NCBI GenBank assembly: GCA_047602425.1
Contig: JASGHG010000001.1
Span: 2,368,001 to 2,432,000 of the forward strand
Length of the DNA: 64,000 nucleotides
Reading direction: 5' to 3'
Source: Nibricoccus sp.
GTDB lineage: Bacteria > Verrucomicrobiota > Verrucomicrobiia > Opitutales > Opitutaceae
Of the stretch, positions 47,404 to 57,987 are shown one piece after another. A program made the translations under genes and the position numbers. The first letter of the stretch is position 1; the number at the start of each line of letters is the position of its first letter. The notes under the pieces are model-generated. The model was not told where the DNA came from. It saw only the letters and a list, made by a program, of their open reading frames with translations, and did not search any database.

Positions 47404-49380
47404 CTATTTACTGTCTGCTCCGAAAATCTCTCGTTTCAATTTAGCGAGTTCGAAATCGTAGTTTCCCGAGAGGATGGGATAACGGCACCAGGTGCGAGGA
47501 TCCAAGTTCTCGTCGTCGAGGTGGAAGCTGGGTGCGTAGCGCTCACGTTTCCATTGGTTGCGACTCCAGAGCGTGAGGATTTTGGCGATCGCTTTGAACA
47601 ATTGTTCCTTCGAGAGCTGCTTCCCGTATTCCTCGGGCGAAGCCAGAAGGTGGAAAATGTCTCGCGGGCTTTTCTTTTCGACGACGAGGAGCTTTTGGAT
47701 GCGGTTGATCATCGGGTATGAGCCACCGAGATCGGTTTCATCCGTCTGATTGAACGAAGCGGGCTTTAGCTCGGCCGTGGGTGCTTGTTTGGTGATAAGC
47801 TCCAGTGCCGCAAAGTTGTATTCCTTGCGTGCCCAAGCGAGCCACTCGCGAAGGAAGACTTTATCGATGCCGGCGACGGGAGCGAGACTGCCCGCGGTGT
47901 CTCCGTCCATGGTGCAATAGCCGACAGTCGCTTCGCTGCGATTGCTCGTGGTGATGAGAAGGAAATTTTCGGCGTTGGCTATCGCCCAGATGGGAGGATT
48001 GCGCACACGAGCTTGGATGTTTTGTCGGGTTATGTCATCGTGTTCCCAATCGAGCTTCCGTCCAAGATAGCTGGCGAGGAGTTGCTCCGTGGCCTCCACC
48101 AGAGGCGCGATGTTGAAGTTCACGAAGCGTGCACCGAATTCTTCGGCGACAGCTTTGGCTGCATTCAGTGTCGTCTCGCCGCTGTTGGCAGAGGCTTGAT
48201 ACGCACAGGTGAGTAGCTTGCCGACGATGGCTTTTTCGGAAGCGCCTGTCCTCGTGTTCGTCAAATGCTCCAGATACGCACGGGCATCGTCGCGCGAGAA
48301 GCGGACCATGAGCGCGACCAACGCGGCACAAGCGGCAGAGTCGGCGCCGCCCGACAGCGATAAGGCATAGCCACGGCAGCGTGTTTTCTTCAGGTAGTCG
48401 AAGAGGCCGAGGGCGACTGCCCGAGCGAATTCGACGTTTTTTCCGTCGTGCGAGCGACTAGTCGAAGGAGTGGGTGTGGGGCGATTACTCTGCTTGTTCC
48501 AGTCTGCCGCGCAGCGAACAACACCGTTGTCGATAAACTCCGGTTCGTAACTGGCCAGGCGCGAGCGTCCGACGCGGTTCGTTTCGATATCCACCGTTGC
48601 CGTCGTTAGCGTCCATCGACGGAAGCTCAAGCGATCCGAATAGGCCCGCAGGCTGCCGCCACTGGCGATCAGGCAGTCGCCGTCATAGATTGCGCGTCCA
48701 GCTTCGTTGCCAAGGAGGTTGGCGTAAACGTAAGCGCAGTTGAAAGCACGCGAGCCTTCGCAAACGAAGCGCTCACGAACGCTCGTTTTTCCGAAGGCAA
48801 AGTGACTGGCCGACGGATTGAGGATCACGTCGACACTGTGGCGCGAATGACTGATACCTGGTCGTCCTGCTACCCAGGCGTCCTCGCAGATTTCCAAAGC
48901 GATTCGCACACCACCGACGTCATACATCAGATCACCGAGTGGAACAGTCTGGCCGTTGCTGAGCGTGGTTTGCACGACTTTGCCCGCAGGCCAACGCTTG
49001 AAGAAACGCGGCTCATAGTGAATGCCATCGCCGGCGAGATTTTGTTTCGCCGTGAAACCAATCAATCGACCATCGAAAATCACCGCGATCACATTGTAGA
49101 CACTACCGCCATAGCTCAGGGGCAGCCCTACCGCCGCTCCAAAGCCTTTCACGGCCGGTATGATCTTCGTTTCGAGTAACTGGAGCGATAGTTCGGTTAC
49201 GTAGGGGGCGTGAAATTCGTCTTCGCAGCCATAGCCGCTGATGCTCAGTTCAGGCAGGCAGATAAAATCAACAGACTGTTTTTTTGCGGCCTCAATGACC
49301 TCGAGGATTTTTTGGCAGTTTCCGGTCCAGTCTTTCGGCGTGGTGTTGATGGCCGCGGCAGCCAGAAGAAGCGTTTTCAT
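47404..49380 (-). CDS. nadE: Glutamine-dependent NAD+ synthetase
   Basis: Nitrilase domain (PEL, EICEDAW) plus LSGGADS, QNIQARVR, PTAEL. Confidence 0.93.
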   Translation of the reverse strand: MKTLLLAAAAINTTPKDWTGNCQKILEVIEAAKKQSVDFICLPELSISGYGCEDEFHAPYVTELSLQLLETKIIPAVKGFGAAVGLPLSYGGSVYNVIAVIFDGRLIGFTAKQNLAGDGIHYEPRFFKRWPAGKVVQTTLSNGQTVPLGDLMYDVGGVRIALEICEDAWVAGRPGISHSRHSVDVILNPSASHFAFGKTSVRERFVCEGSRAFNCAYVYANLLGNEAGRAIYDGDCLIASGGSLRAYSDRLSFRRWTLTTATVDIETNRVGRSRLASYEPEFIDNGVVRCAADWNKQSNRPTPTPSTSRSHDGKNVEFARAVALGLFDYLKKTRCRGYALSLSGGADSAACAALVALMVRFSRDDARAYLEHLTNTRTGASEKAIVGKLLTCAYQASANSGETTLNAAKAVAEEFGARFVNFNIAPLVEATEQLLASYLGRKLDWEHDDITRQNIQARVRNPPIWAIANAENFLLITTSNRSEATVGYCTMDGDTAGSLAPVAGIDKVFLREWLAWARKEYNFAALELITKQAPTAELKPASFNQTDETDLGGSYPMINRIQKLLVVEKKSPRDIFHLLASPEEYGKQLSKEQLFKAIAKILTLWSRNQWKRERYAPSFHLDDENLDPRTWCRYPILSGNYDFELAKLKREIFGADSK

Positions 49381-50309
49381 GTTGATGCGAGTGGTTCGGC
49401 CAGCGTGTTGGCGAGAGAAAGGATGGTGATGAATTTCGAGGATTTTGAGAGCGCGATCGCCTGAGTATGGCTATCGGTAACGATGACCTTTTCGATCAGC
49501 CCGCATGCTTCAATGCGCGATAGGCTCTGTGCCGGAAGAACGCCGTGAGTGGCGACAGCGACGATCCGCTTTGCGCCCGCAGCCGCATAGGCTTTGGCGG
49601 CCTCGATCAATGATCCGCCGGTACGGATCATGTCGTCATAGATGAATACGACAGCCTTGGGATCGAACTCAGTTTGGCTCAGAGCGATCAGCTTAGTTTC
49701 GGTGGCCGATATTCTTTGTTTGAGTGCAAACGCCGCGGGGACACCGAGGTCATGCGCAAGCGATTGAACCCATTTTGAGCGACCTGCATCGACCGAGCCC
49801 AACACGATAGGGGAACCGGCTGCGTGAGCTAAAATGCCCGCGCAGATTACACGATTGGCGTAGATATGACGGGCAAAGACTCCATTTTCGAAGTAATGGA
49901 CCAGTCCCTCGGTGTGGAGATCCACGAGGTGGATCTCGTTGCCGAGTGGTGACCGCGGAATGGAAGAGAGGAGCCGGGCGCGTGTCTTGGCTTTGACGAC
50001 TTCGCCGGTTTTGACCGCGCGCTCCATGGTCGAGTATCCGAAGTAGGGCACCTGAAGGGTGACCTTTTTCGCTCCGTACATCACGGCGGCAGAGGCGCTG
50101 TCACAGAGTTCGAGAAAATGAGCGTCATCTACAGTGCCGCCGACAAAAACTACGTGGCGACCGCGTACATCCGGCATGCGATGATAAGCTTCGCCGTCAG
50201 GGAAGCGCTCGATCGCAGCGTAGTTGTCGGACGAGGGGAGTTTGAGCGCTTGGGCGATGCCTTGCGCCAGTTGCTCGTACCCAGGCAGCGGAAGTAGGAT
50301 GATACTCAT
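49377..50309 (-). CDS. prs: Ribose-phosphate pyrophosphokinase
   Basis: FPDGE, PYFGY, DLH, DDMIRTGGS, THG. Confidence 0.9.
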   Translation of the reverse strand: MSIILLPLPGYEQLAQGIAQALKLPSSDNYAAIERFPDGEAYHRMPDVRGRHVVFVGGTVDDAHFLELCDSASAAVMYGAKKVTLQVPYFGYSTMERAVKTGEVVKAKTRARLLSSIPRSPLGNEIHLVDLHTEGLVHYFENGVFARHIYANRVICAGILAHAAGSPIVLGSVDAGRSKWVQSLAHDLGVPAAFALKQRISATETKLIALSQTEFDPKAVVFIYDDMIRTGGSLIEAAKAYAAAGAKRIVAVATHGVLPAQSLSRIEACGLIEKVIVTDSHTQAIALSKSSKFITILSLANTLAEPLAST

Positions 50310-50323
50310 GATGGTTGGCGCGG

Positions 50324-51604
50324 TCAGACCACCTTAAGGAATTCGTCGCGAAGGCGTGCCGTTTCTGCATCAAAGGTGACAGGCGTTGCCGCCGCGACTC
50401 CATAGACCGAACAGAGGTAATTCAGGAACTCTTTGTCGTCGCAGATGCTCTTGCCAGGCGAATCCGAAATCTTCGCGACAGCGCGGCCGTTCACCTTGAG
50501 CGGCTTCATTACGACATTGAGTGCTTTGTAGCCGGGAATCGATGCGGTGAGGGTGGTGCCAATGCCGTACGAAGTTCTGAGTCGTCCTTCAAACGCTTCG
50601 CAGAGCAGAAGCGCTTTCCGAAGGTTCAAGCTGTCGCTAAACACCGCGACCTTACTCGCAGGATTGATTCCTAGGCTCTTGAACTTAGTTATAGTTTTTT
50701 CACCAAAGACAAAGGGATCACCGCTGTCGTGGCGCACGCCATCGAACAGTTTTGCGTAATACAGATCGAAGTCGCGCAGGAATGCGTCGTACGTGATGAC
50801 GTCGGTGAGCGCGGTTCCGAGGTGGCCGCGGAATTCCTGCACCCAACCTTCGAGGGCAGCCTTCTGGGCATTTTCCAAACGAGGACCGATCTGCTGGTGA
50901 ACTTGCAGGAACTCGTGGGCCATGGTCCCTACGTCACGCAGGTTTTTCTCCAGCGAAAACTGCACGTTGCTCGTACCGAATAGTTGATCAGGGATTTCGT
51001 TCTTCAGGACATCGAGTACCATCGACTGATACTCACGGCTGACACGACGGCGCGTGCCCATTTCGATGAGCCGGAAAGGTTTTGCCGCACCGTGCTTGGC
51101 GACGAACGCCTTCACGGCTTTCAATTCCTCGCGGAGTTTGGCAATGCCAGCGTTGTAGGCGGCGGCACGGTCCGCTGGAGCGAACGTGTGCTGGAAGTGC
51201 AGTTCGGTCACGATCGCTAAAATGTGGATCTCGAAGAAAATCCGATGGACCCAAGGGCCGTGCACACGGATGTCGAGTTTCCCATCGATCTCCGAAATCA
51301 CGACCGACGAAGGATCGAGTCGGAAAAGTTTAAGGAAGAGGAGGAAGTCCTCCGTGAACCAAGGGTGCCGGGCCAGGTGCGCAATTTCAGCGTCCGTGTA
51401 TCGGAGATCAGCGAGCAGATTGATCTGCTCCTGAATTTCTTCACGCAGCGGTCTCAGATCGACCGGACTGCGATTGACGAATTTGTACTCCACCTTCGCG
51501 GTCGGGGCGCGGTGCAGTGCGTACTGCGCCATCGAGAACTTGTAGGCATCCGTATCCGCCGGCGATTGGATGAGTGCGTTTTTTTGGCTGGCCTTGGGGC
51601 TCAT
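50324..51604 (-). CDS. pncB: Nicotinate phosphoribosyltransferase
   Basis: DTDAYKFSM, GTRRR, GTSNV, GTMAHE, RHDSGDP, KISDSPGK. Confidence 0.93.
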   Translation of the reverse strand: MSPKASQKNALIQSPADTDAYKFSMAQYALHRAPTAKVEYKFVNRSPVDLRPLREEIQEQINLLADLRYTDAEIAHLARHPWFTEDFLLFLKLFRLDPSSVVISEIDGKLDIRVHGPWVHRIFFEIHILAIVTELHFQHTFAPADRAAAYNAGIAKLREELKAVKAFVAKHGAAKPFRLIEMGTRRRVSREYQSMVLDVLKNEIPDQLFGTSNVQFSLEKNLRDVGTMAHEFLQVHQQIGPRLENAQKAALEGWVQEFRGHLGTALTDVITYDAFLRDFDLYYAKLFDGVRHDSGDPFVFGEKTITKFKSLGINPASKVAVFSDSLNLRKALLLCEAFEGRLRTSYGIGTTLTASIPGYKALNVVMKPLKVNGRAVAKISDSPGKSICDDKEFLNYLCSVYGVAAATPVTFDAETARLRDEFLKVV

Positions 51605-51618
51605 GCCTGCCTTAGAAA

Positions 51619-51631
51619 GGTCAAAACGACC
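51619..51631. promoter_or_regulatory. Putative NrtR operator between pncB and the Nudix gene
   Basis: GGTCAAAACGACC, same GGTC-N5-GACC pattern as 46658. Confidence 0.65.
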
Positions 51632-51674
51632 AAACAGGCAATAAAAAACTTTCATCCGACAAATATTCCCTACC

Positions 51675-52289
51675 ATGTCTCTTCCCTACTGCACCCCGCC
51701 AAAGAAGCTCACACAGGAACGGTTCGTGAATCTATACTCGACCGAGATTTGCACGGAGAAAGGGCGCAATCCGTGGATATTCGCGTCGCGCAAAAAAGAG
51801 CCCGGCGCGAACGTGAAATGCGCAGATGCGGCTGTGGTGGTTGCGGTCGTCCAACAAAAGGGTGAGCCGCTCCTCGTGATGACACGTGAGTTCCGTGCTC
51901 CCCTCGGTACGTATGAGCTATCATTGCCGTCTGGTTTGATCGACGCTGGTGAGTCGGCCAACGACGCTGCAATCCGCGAGTTCAACGAAGAAACAGGAAT
52001 GACGCTTTCTAGGGTGGTCCATGTTTCGCCGCCGCTGGCATCGTCGGCTGGTTTGACAGACGAAACCGTCTCGCTGGTCTATGGCGAAGCCGCGGGCTCG
52101 ATCAGTCGGGAGCATCAGACTGAACACGAGGATATCGAGGTTCGGTTGGTTAGTATCGCCGATATCCGTAAATTGTTTGGCTCTGAGCAGAGTGATATTA
52201 TTTCGAGCCGCCTCTATCCGATCCTCGTGGGATATGTTAGCGCTGGAGCCATAAAATTGCCGCCCGGTTCTAAAGACGTACTGGTTTAG
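51675..52289 (+). CDS. Nudix hydrolase (ADP-ribose pyrophosphatase-like)
   Basis: GLIDAGE..AAIREFNEETG, SSAGLTDE. Confidence 0.88.
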   Translation: MSLPYCTPPKKLTQERFVNLYSTEICTEKGRNPWIFASRKKEPGANVKCADAAVVVAVVQQKGEPLLVMTREFRAPLGTYELSLPSGLIDAGESANDAAIREFNEETGMTLSRVVHVSPPLASSAGLTDETVSLVYGEAAGSISREHQTEHEDIEVRLVSIADIRKLFGSEQSDIISSRLYPILVGYVSAGAIKLPPGSKDVLV

Positions 52290-52339
52290 CCAGTACGGAA
52301 GGAAAGTCGTTAGACAACTTTGCTTTTCCAATCATCAAT

Positions 52340-52885
52340 ATGGCATCCTTAGCACTCAAGATTTCTACGGTTACCCCATCAGATAAATTTTCCGCTAGCG
52401 GTCGCGGCTTCATCATTTCGATGAACAGTTGGCTCAAGAAAACAAATGGTGGGGGCTGTCATGGCTTGGCCACTGAAGCGACCATCACGGTCGAGATCAG
52501 TGGTGCAACTCGAGAGGAAGTCATGCCGCTCGTTGATTCGTACGTCCTAAAATTATCGCAATCCGTACCAAACGTTCAGCTCGTCATTAGCGATAGCCAT
52601 GTCCAACCCCTGACGCCTGAGCAAAAAGGTCTCGCGGATTCATTCAATATGGCGCCGACAAAACTCACGTTGAAGTTCTTTAAGACCCTCGCCGCGGGTT
52701 CGTTCATCGCAAGTAACCTCATGCAGACCCGAACTACTTCGATCTTTGCCGAAATTGTGGAACCCCAAGAAACTAGAATGGATCAATGGAAGCGCATACT
52801 TGCTTGCGGTGCGGCTCAACGTACGTGCCATGTCTTCAGATCCGAAGAAGCCTGCAGGCGCTGGTTCGAAGGGTTGGAGCCGTAG
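52340..52885 (+). CDS. Hypothetical protein
   Basis: 181-aa ORF with ATG start, no recognised motif. Confidence 0.5.
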   Translation: MASLALKISTVTPSDKFSASGRGFIISMNSWLKKTNGGGCHGLATEATITVEISGATREEVMPLVDSYVLKLSQSVPNVQLVISDSHVQPLTPEQKGLADSFNMAPTKLTLKFFKTLAAGSFIASNLMQTRTTSIFAEIVEPQETRMDQWKRILACGAAQRTCHVFRSEEACRRWFEGLEP

Positions 52886-53164
52886 CACGCATTCCGCTAA
52901 CCTACGCTCGCTAACTCCAGTCACTGCTGGCTTGGCTTATTGAGTGTATGTACAAGGAAGTTTGTATGTTTGGTCATTGTACGTTTATACAAGGTTTACT
53001 TCAGCTGAAGAACCTTACTTAGGTCGGCAGCTAATCGAGCAGTGAAGTTGTGAGTTTCCCTGCATCGACGTCGTCTACGTTTCTGACGATTTCGAGGTGA
53101 TGGATCCGTAGTTGAAGAGATACTGAAGGCGATGCTTGACCCCGAAATTGATCACTTTTTGTCG

Positions 53165-54179
53165 TCAGTCTAGCTGCGTTACTGCGTTGAAGACCGTCTC
53201 AACTCTATTGTCGCCAATCCTGCCTTCTTGAATGGTAGCGGCCTTGCCACGCACTGTTTCAGCTCGGATAATCCGATTTCCGCAAACAATACTGAATGTA
53301 TCGCAGAGCGGATGCCAAACTTTGATCGGAGTTGCGCCCCAAACAACAACTATGGGCGATCCAGTTGCGTACCGCAAGGTGCATGACACCGGTGTTAGAC
53401 GTGACGCAGATTGTTGTCCGGCGCACCAAAGCAGCATGCGCAGCAAACGTGATTATATGTTCGGGCACGCGGCATCCCGTAATTCCGTCGGCAATCCAAG
53501 CTGCAATGTGACGTTCGTTTTCCGACCCGAATGGGATGATAACCTCCTCTACAATTCGATGATTTAATAACTCTATTGCGAGAGCCCGCCAATTCTCGCT
53601 GGACCAAGTTCTGTCTGTGTGACTCGAAAAGGGATGAAACACTGCGAAACGCTTAGCGATTGGTGGCGTCAACGCCGGGAAATTGGTGTCGCGTACGGGA
53701 AAATCCAGCTTTGGTTTAGGTAGGCCATGGATCTCTAGTGAATATTTGATTACTAGCCAATCTCGCAGCATTGCGTGCTCATCGGCCCACGCGGGCTGAG
53801 ATTTTTCGATGGAGCACCGCTCAGCAAGCGGGAGGCTCGCACCGTAATTGCCGTAGAGGATCGAGCGAAATTTCTGAGTGCCTATGCAATCGTGCAGAAC
53901 TTTTGCGGCATAGGGTTGCCCGGATAAGTCGATGACGTCGTCGAAGTGAATATCCAGCAAATCTTCGGAACCTTTTGTTAATTTCTGCTCGCGGCCGTCG
54001 CCAGTGACCGTCCACACATGATCGATTTTGGGGAAATCCTCCAGGATTTTTGCCGATTTATCGTAGGTAAGGATATTGATGTGAATTCTGGGATCTTCTG
54101 CTTTGAGCGCAGACAGAGTTGGTGTGAGCAACAGCATGTCACCCATACGCTTTGGCTTGATAATTAAGACACGTCGCAT
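53165..54179 (-). pseudogene. GT9 (heptosyltransferase-like) glycosyltransferase, frameshift near 53370
   Basis: MGDMLLLTP, HPFS..RTWS, NTGVMHLA; natural C-terminus (ATGSPIVVVWGAT..WHP) lies in another frame. Confidence 0.75.
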
Positions 54180-54250
54180 GGATCGGTGATGTTCACTGAA
54201 TTTAAAACCATTTGCTACCGCCTAATGCGGAAATTAGTAGAACCATTGTT

Positions 54251-54904
54251 TTAGGCGGGTGGGTATTCTTTCCCGAGGCTGCAAAGGGTGCCCCAGGTTA
54301 CAACGATGCGCTTGCCGCCACTTCCTGGAGGTAGTTGGTCTCGGCGAACGAAACGAACATCCACAGTGCAATCGGCTGTTATTCGCACTACAGCGAGCAT
54401 GCTGAAGTTTCCTGAACGCTTCACAGTAACAAATGCCTGCCGCTTGTGCGGCGTGATCGTTTTGATTTCAATGAGCTCGTCGCCAAGACGCCCGTCGTGT
54501 CCTTGTGTATGGCGGCTGCACAACTTCACACCGAAGCGTTCTGCGACATAAGCCTCTCCAATTGAGCCCCAGTCAGGGGAGATTTCGTTGAGCGTGTGCT
54601 CGTAGTGCTCTTTGGCTGCTAGGATCCGAAATAGAAGTTCGGGGCTCGGCTCGCGGTCAACGTCATCGAACTCCGGCTCTATCTCTTCAGTAGGCCGCTG
54701 ACCATTCTCTTGAATATCGATCTGCTCGTTGATCCACACCCAGCTGATCCACTCCCCATCATCCCAGATAGCTTCACTCGAGTCCCGGATTTCAATGCCG
54801 GTCATAGCGCAATACATCGGAGGGCCGCTCATGATGATTAGGGACTTTGTCCCAAAGTAGGCACGGGATCGATTCGAAAACGGATCGGTCCAAGTGGACA
54901 TCAC
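54251..54904 (-). CDS. Hypothetical protein with restriction-endonuclease-like motif
   Basis: IGEAYVA..GHDG..IEIKT (PD-(D/E)xK-like); start uncertain. Confidence 0.55.
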   Translation of the reverse strand: MMSTWTDPFSNRSRAYFGTKSLIIMSGPPMYCAMTGIEIRDSSEAIWDDGEWISWVWINEQIDIQENGQRPTEEIEPEFDDVDREPSPELLFRILAAKEHYEHTLNEISPDWGSIGEAYVAERFGVKLCSRHTQGHDGRLGDELIEIKTITPHKRQAFVTVKRSGNFSMLAVVRITADCTVDVRFVRRDQLPPGSGGKRIVVTWGTLCSLGKEYPPA

Positions 54905-55265
54905 GTCACGTCGTTGTTTTCAGCTGCTCAATAAGTCGTGTCGCTTTTTGCGTGGACGAGAAGAAATTTACTGCTGCTGAAAAGTGCGACACGAGATCCT
55001 GACGTTTCGCAAACAGCGACATTTTGTCGGGTTCAAATTTGAATCAACCGCCGCGAAAATATACAGAATACGCCATCTCGTGGGGTTCAGGTGGTGCCAT
55101 TCAAGCAGCACTTTACCACCAAAGAACGAACAGATCGTGGAGAGCGATTTGTTTTACCTCAACAGCAATTCCCAAAAATTATGTGGAAATGGAAATCCTT
55201 CGTGAAGTGAGCTCGGTGTGACGGCTAAGGGACATTTTTCACAAAAAAACCTTCTGCAGTCGTCG

Positions 55266-56177
55266 TCACTTTAGCTGTAGAACTCTGCGTAGTTCTGCGA
55301 CCAGATGAGCAGCTCCGGGGCGAATCGCGACGAGGCGAGGGTTCCAAACGAGCACGATGGGACGGCGCAGTTGATCGAGAATTTTGGACTCAATCACCAC
55401 GTAGTCGACGGGGGCGAGATCCGTCAGCGCCAGTCGAGGTAGAATCGCACCGAATGAACCGGAGCGGACAGCGCTCAACGCATGTGGGAATGACTGGCAC
55501 GCTATAGTGGGAGCGAAAGCTGCGCCGCATGCTTCGGTTAAGCCGCGGAGTTTTTGCGCGAATTGACCGTCGGTTGTTTGCGCAACCAGCGGCACTTTTG
55601 CCAACACTTCTTCCAGCGTCAGCTGTTGAACCTTCGACACGAGTTTGCGCGGTACCACCGCCACGAAAGGAACGTCGCCCAAAGATGCGAACTTGAGCCC
55701 CTCGCCGACCGCGTCGCGCCGAATCAAACCGAAGTCAATGCGGCCATCGTTCAGCTGCTGGACGATTTCGTTGGTGCGGTGATTGTAGGTAGAGAATCGC
55801 ATCGGTGTTTTTCCATGCGAGACTTGCCCCAGTCGTGGAAGGACGAGCCATTGAAGCAGGTTATCGCCCGCCGCGATGCTGTATTCGACAGAGGCGGAAT
55901 GGCACTCTGACCGGAAGTCTTGCAGGGAACGGAGTTGGTGCCGGGCGAGTTCTGCAAGGCGTGTACCTTGAGCCGTGAGTTTGAGAATTTTCCCCTGCCG
56001 CTTGGTTACCTCTACGCCGAAGAATTCCGAAAGCTCGCGGAGTTGGCGGCTGTATTGGCTCTGGCGAATGGGATCGCCGGGAGCTGCTTGGGCAATGCTG
56101 CCAGCATCCTGGACTTCAACCAGAACCTTGAGGCGATCGAGAGAGAGGCCGCGTTCGGCAAAGAGTTGGTCAAACAT
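55266..56177 (-). CDS. LysR family transcriptional regulator (copy 2)
   Basis: Near-identical protein to 18703-19614, many synonymous differences. Confidence 0.88.
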   Translation of the reverse strand: MFDQLFAERGLSLDRLKVLVEVQDAGSIAQAAPGDPIRQSQYSRQLRELSEFFGVEVTKRQGKILKLTAQGTRLAELARHQLRSLQDFRSECHSASVEYSIAAGDNLLQWLVLPRLGQVSHGKTPMRFSTYNHRTNEIVQQLNDGRIDFGLIRRDAVGEGLKFASLGDVPFVAVVPRKLVSKVQQLTLEEVLAKVPLVAQTTDGQFAQKLRGLTEACGAAFAPTIACQSFPHALSAVRSGSFGAILPRLALTDLAPVDYVVIESKILDQLRRPIVLVWNPRLVAIRPGAAHLVAELRRVLQLK

Positions 56178-56359
56178 GACTATTAAGTCAGGTATCCTGA
56201 GTAATCCTGCATGGCAAGATTTCTAACGATCAGTTAAGGTTAGCCCGTCAACAGAGCCGGGAATTAAGAATCACGAGAAATATTTAAAACACCTCTTGAT
56301 TTTTGAAACTCTGGATCCGTTGTAACTCTTCGAACACACATTCGTCACAACTTTCCGCC

Positions 56360-56515
56360 ATGAAATCCACACGACTTATAACAACCTCAGCCCTCCGGCT
56401 AGCGGAGAGGCATTGGTCGTGTGGCCAGCAGATCGCCAAGACGACCATGCGTAGAGGTTTGGAAAGTTTCCGACCCGATTACGCGAATATTAACCAAGGA
56501 AGTGGAGTAACCTGA
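56360..56515 (+). CDS. Putative attenuator leader peptide (copy 2)
   Basis: 51 aa, all 20 residues, same C-terminal 23 aa as copy 1. Confidence 0.65.
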   Translation: MKSTRLITTSALRLAERHWSCGQQIAKTTMRRGLESFRPDYANINQGSGVT

Positions 56516-56540
56516 GCAACGACTTTACGTAGACTCACGG

Positions 56541-56569
56541 AACCCACTTCCCTCAGAAGTGGGTTTTTT
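56541..56569 (+). terminator. Attenuator terminator (copy 2)
   Basis: Same hairpin and T run as 19979-20007. Confidence 0.8.
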
Positions 56570-56736
56570 CATGCCTGAAAAGCCGCTTCTGGGATCCGAG
56601 CAAGACTCGTTTTTCCAAGTTTCAAGCGGCTTCACAGCTGAGCCCAGGTCAATCAGCCAACGTCCGCACAAAATCCCGCGGCCGTCCAAACCACTCGCAA
56701 AGTGATAGGGCCGGAGGTGTGTGTTCTTTTTTGCGA

Positions 56737-56825
56737 TGGAGCGCGAAGCGCGGAAACGGCGCCAGCCCCGAACCCTGTGAGGGGTGAGGTGCGCGGGTGC
56801 CCGCTCTGCGGGCGCGCTCCGAACA
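56737..56825 (-). mobile_element. Small palindromic (REP/MITE-like) insertion
   Basis: Absent from copy 1 (TTTGCGA|ATGCAGG); reverse complement reads TGTTCG..GCCGTTTCCGC..GCTCCA. Confidence 0.7.
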
Positions 56826-56986
56826 ATGCAGGAGCCGAACAAGCTCCTGCACTAATATATCAAGATGCGGTGCGCTTAGATGGCGTTAAACGGCGATGCC
56901 GGCCGCATTTTCAATTTTCCCGCGCATGAGCTAAAGACCGACAGTGTTGTTATATTTGTTGTGAGGTCACGGCTCTAGCGCGAAAA

Positions 56987-57064
56987 CGCCTTGTCGTCTA
57001 ACAAGCACAGGATCCCGGAATTTCAAACCGAGGGATGCGGGTGCGAATCCCGTCGAGGCGACCA
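56987..57064 (+). tRNA. tRNA-Glu(UUC)
   Basis: Homolog of 20337. Confidence 0.7.
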
Positions 57065-57173
57065 GTTTGTTCGAACAAGCGCCGGTTCTTAATCCGAGAC
57101 CGGAGTGCGCAGTCCCTATCGGATTTCCAAGGAGCCAACCGGCGGCCAAAGCCGGCAGGGGATAATTTCCAAT

Positions 57174-57247
57174 GCGCGTGTGGCGTAACAGCAACGTGCC
57201 GGTCTGCCAGTCCGGAGTTCCGAGTGCGATCCTCGGCATGCGCACCA
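57174..57247 (+). tRNA. tRNA-Gly(GCC)
   Basis: Loop CTGCCAG, CCA. Confidence 0.8.
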
Positions 57248-57254
57248 TTTTTAT

Positions 57255-57345
57255 GCGCCGGTACCCATAGCAGCGATTGGTCCAGACTTTTAATCTGGAG
57301 AGCCGCAATGCTCCACCGGGGGTGCAAGTCCCTCTCGGCGCACCA
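57255..57345 (+). tRNA. tRNA-Lys(UUU) with long variable arm
   Basis: Loop CTTTTAA, CCA. Confidence 0.75.
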
Positions 57346-57366
57346 TTTTAATAGATACAATTTCCT

Positions 57367-57444
57367 GCACGTCGAGGGAGCCAGCGAACCCAGCTGCCTG
57401 CAAAGCAGTGTTTCAGCACGGTGCGACACCGTGGACGTGCTCCA
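57367..57444 (+). tRNA. tRNA-Cys(GCA)
   Basis: Loop CTGCAAA. Confidence 0.8.
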
Positions 57445-57453
57445 TTTTAGTTT

Positions 57454-57528
57454 GGGGATATGGCCGAGTTAGAAAGGCATCCGCCCTGCAAGCGGACCAT
57501 GAGGGTGCGAATCCCTCTATCTCCACCA
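57454..57528 (+). tRNA. tRNA-Ala(UGC)
   Basis: G3:U70, loop CCTGCAA. Confidence 0.82.
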
Positions 57529-57564
57529 ATTTCCCCCGGTTTTGCGCGAGTGGGCCGGGTTCAA

Positions 57565-57639
57565 GCCTGAGAGGTGTTGATAGATACACGACCGTCTTCC
57601 AAGCGGATGTAGCCGGCGCGATACCGGCCTCGGGCACCA
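57565..57639 (+). tRNA. tRNA-Gly(UCC)
   Basis: Loop CTTCCAA. Confidence 0.78.
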
Positions 57640-57646
57640 TTTTTAT

Positions 57647-57724
57647 AGCAGGATGGAGGAGCGGCCGTCCTCACCAGCCTCATAAGCTGCGAGATCGCTG
57701 GTTCAAATCCAGCTCCTGCTACCA
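57647..57724 (+). tRNA. tRNA-Met(CAU), initiator-like
   Basis: Loop CTCATAA. Confidence 0.82.
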
Positions 57725-57730
57725 TTTCAT

Positions 57731-57805
57731 ACGGACGTGGCAGACAAGCAATGCAGCGGTCTCCAAAACCGCCTTATGGGGGCGCGATACCCTCCGTCCG
57801 TGCCA
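57731..57805 (+). tRNA. tRNA-Trp(CCA)
   Basis: Loop CTCCAAA. Confidence 0.82.
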
Positions 57806-57902
57806 ATTTGCAATATGAAGAGTAACACTTCGCCAAGGGCGAAGGACGAGTAAAAGTCTCGTTGAAGCAATAAACGGTACTGTGTCGAACGGTGCTGTTT
57901 TT

Positions 57903-57978
57903 GGAGGTTAGGCCGATCTAGTGATGGCACGTGGTTGAAGCCCACGAGAGCGCGGCGCGAAACCGCGAGCCTCCACCA
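57903..57978 (+). tRNA. tRNA-Phe(GAA)
   Basis: Loop TTGAAGC. Confidence 0.8.
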
Positions 57979-57987
57979 ATTTGTTAT

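Noticed and set aside
18560..55119. Prophage or ICE
   Set aside because: No structural, terminase, integrase, relaxase or T4SS genes in the window.
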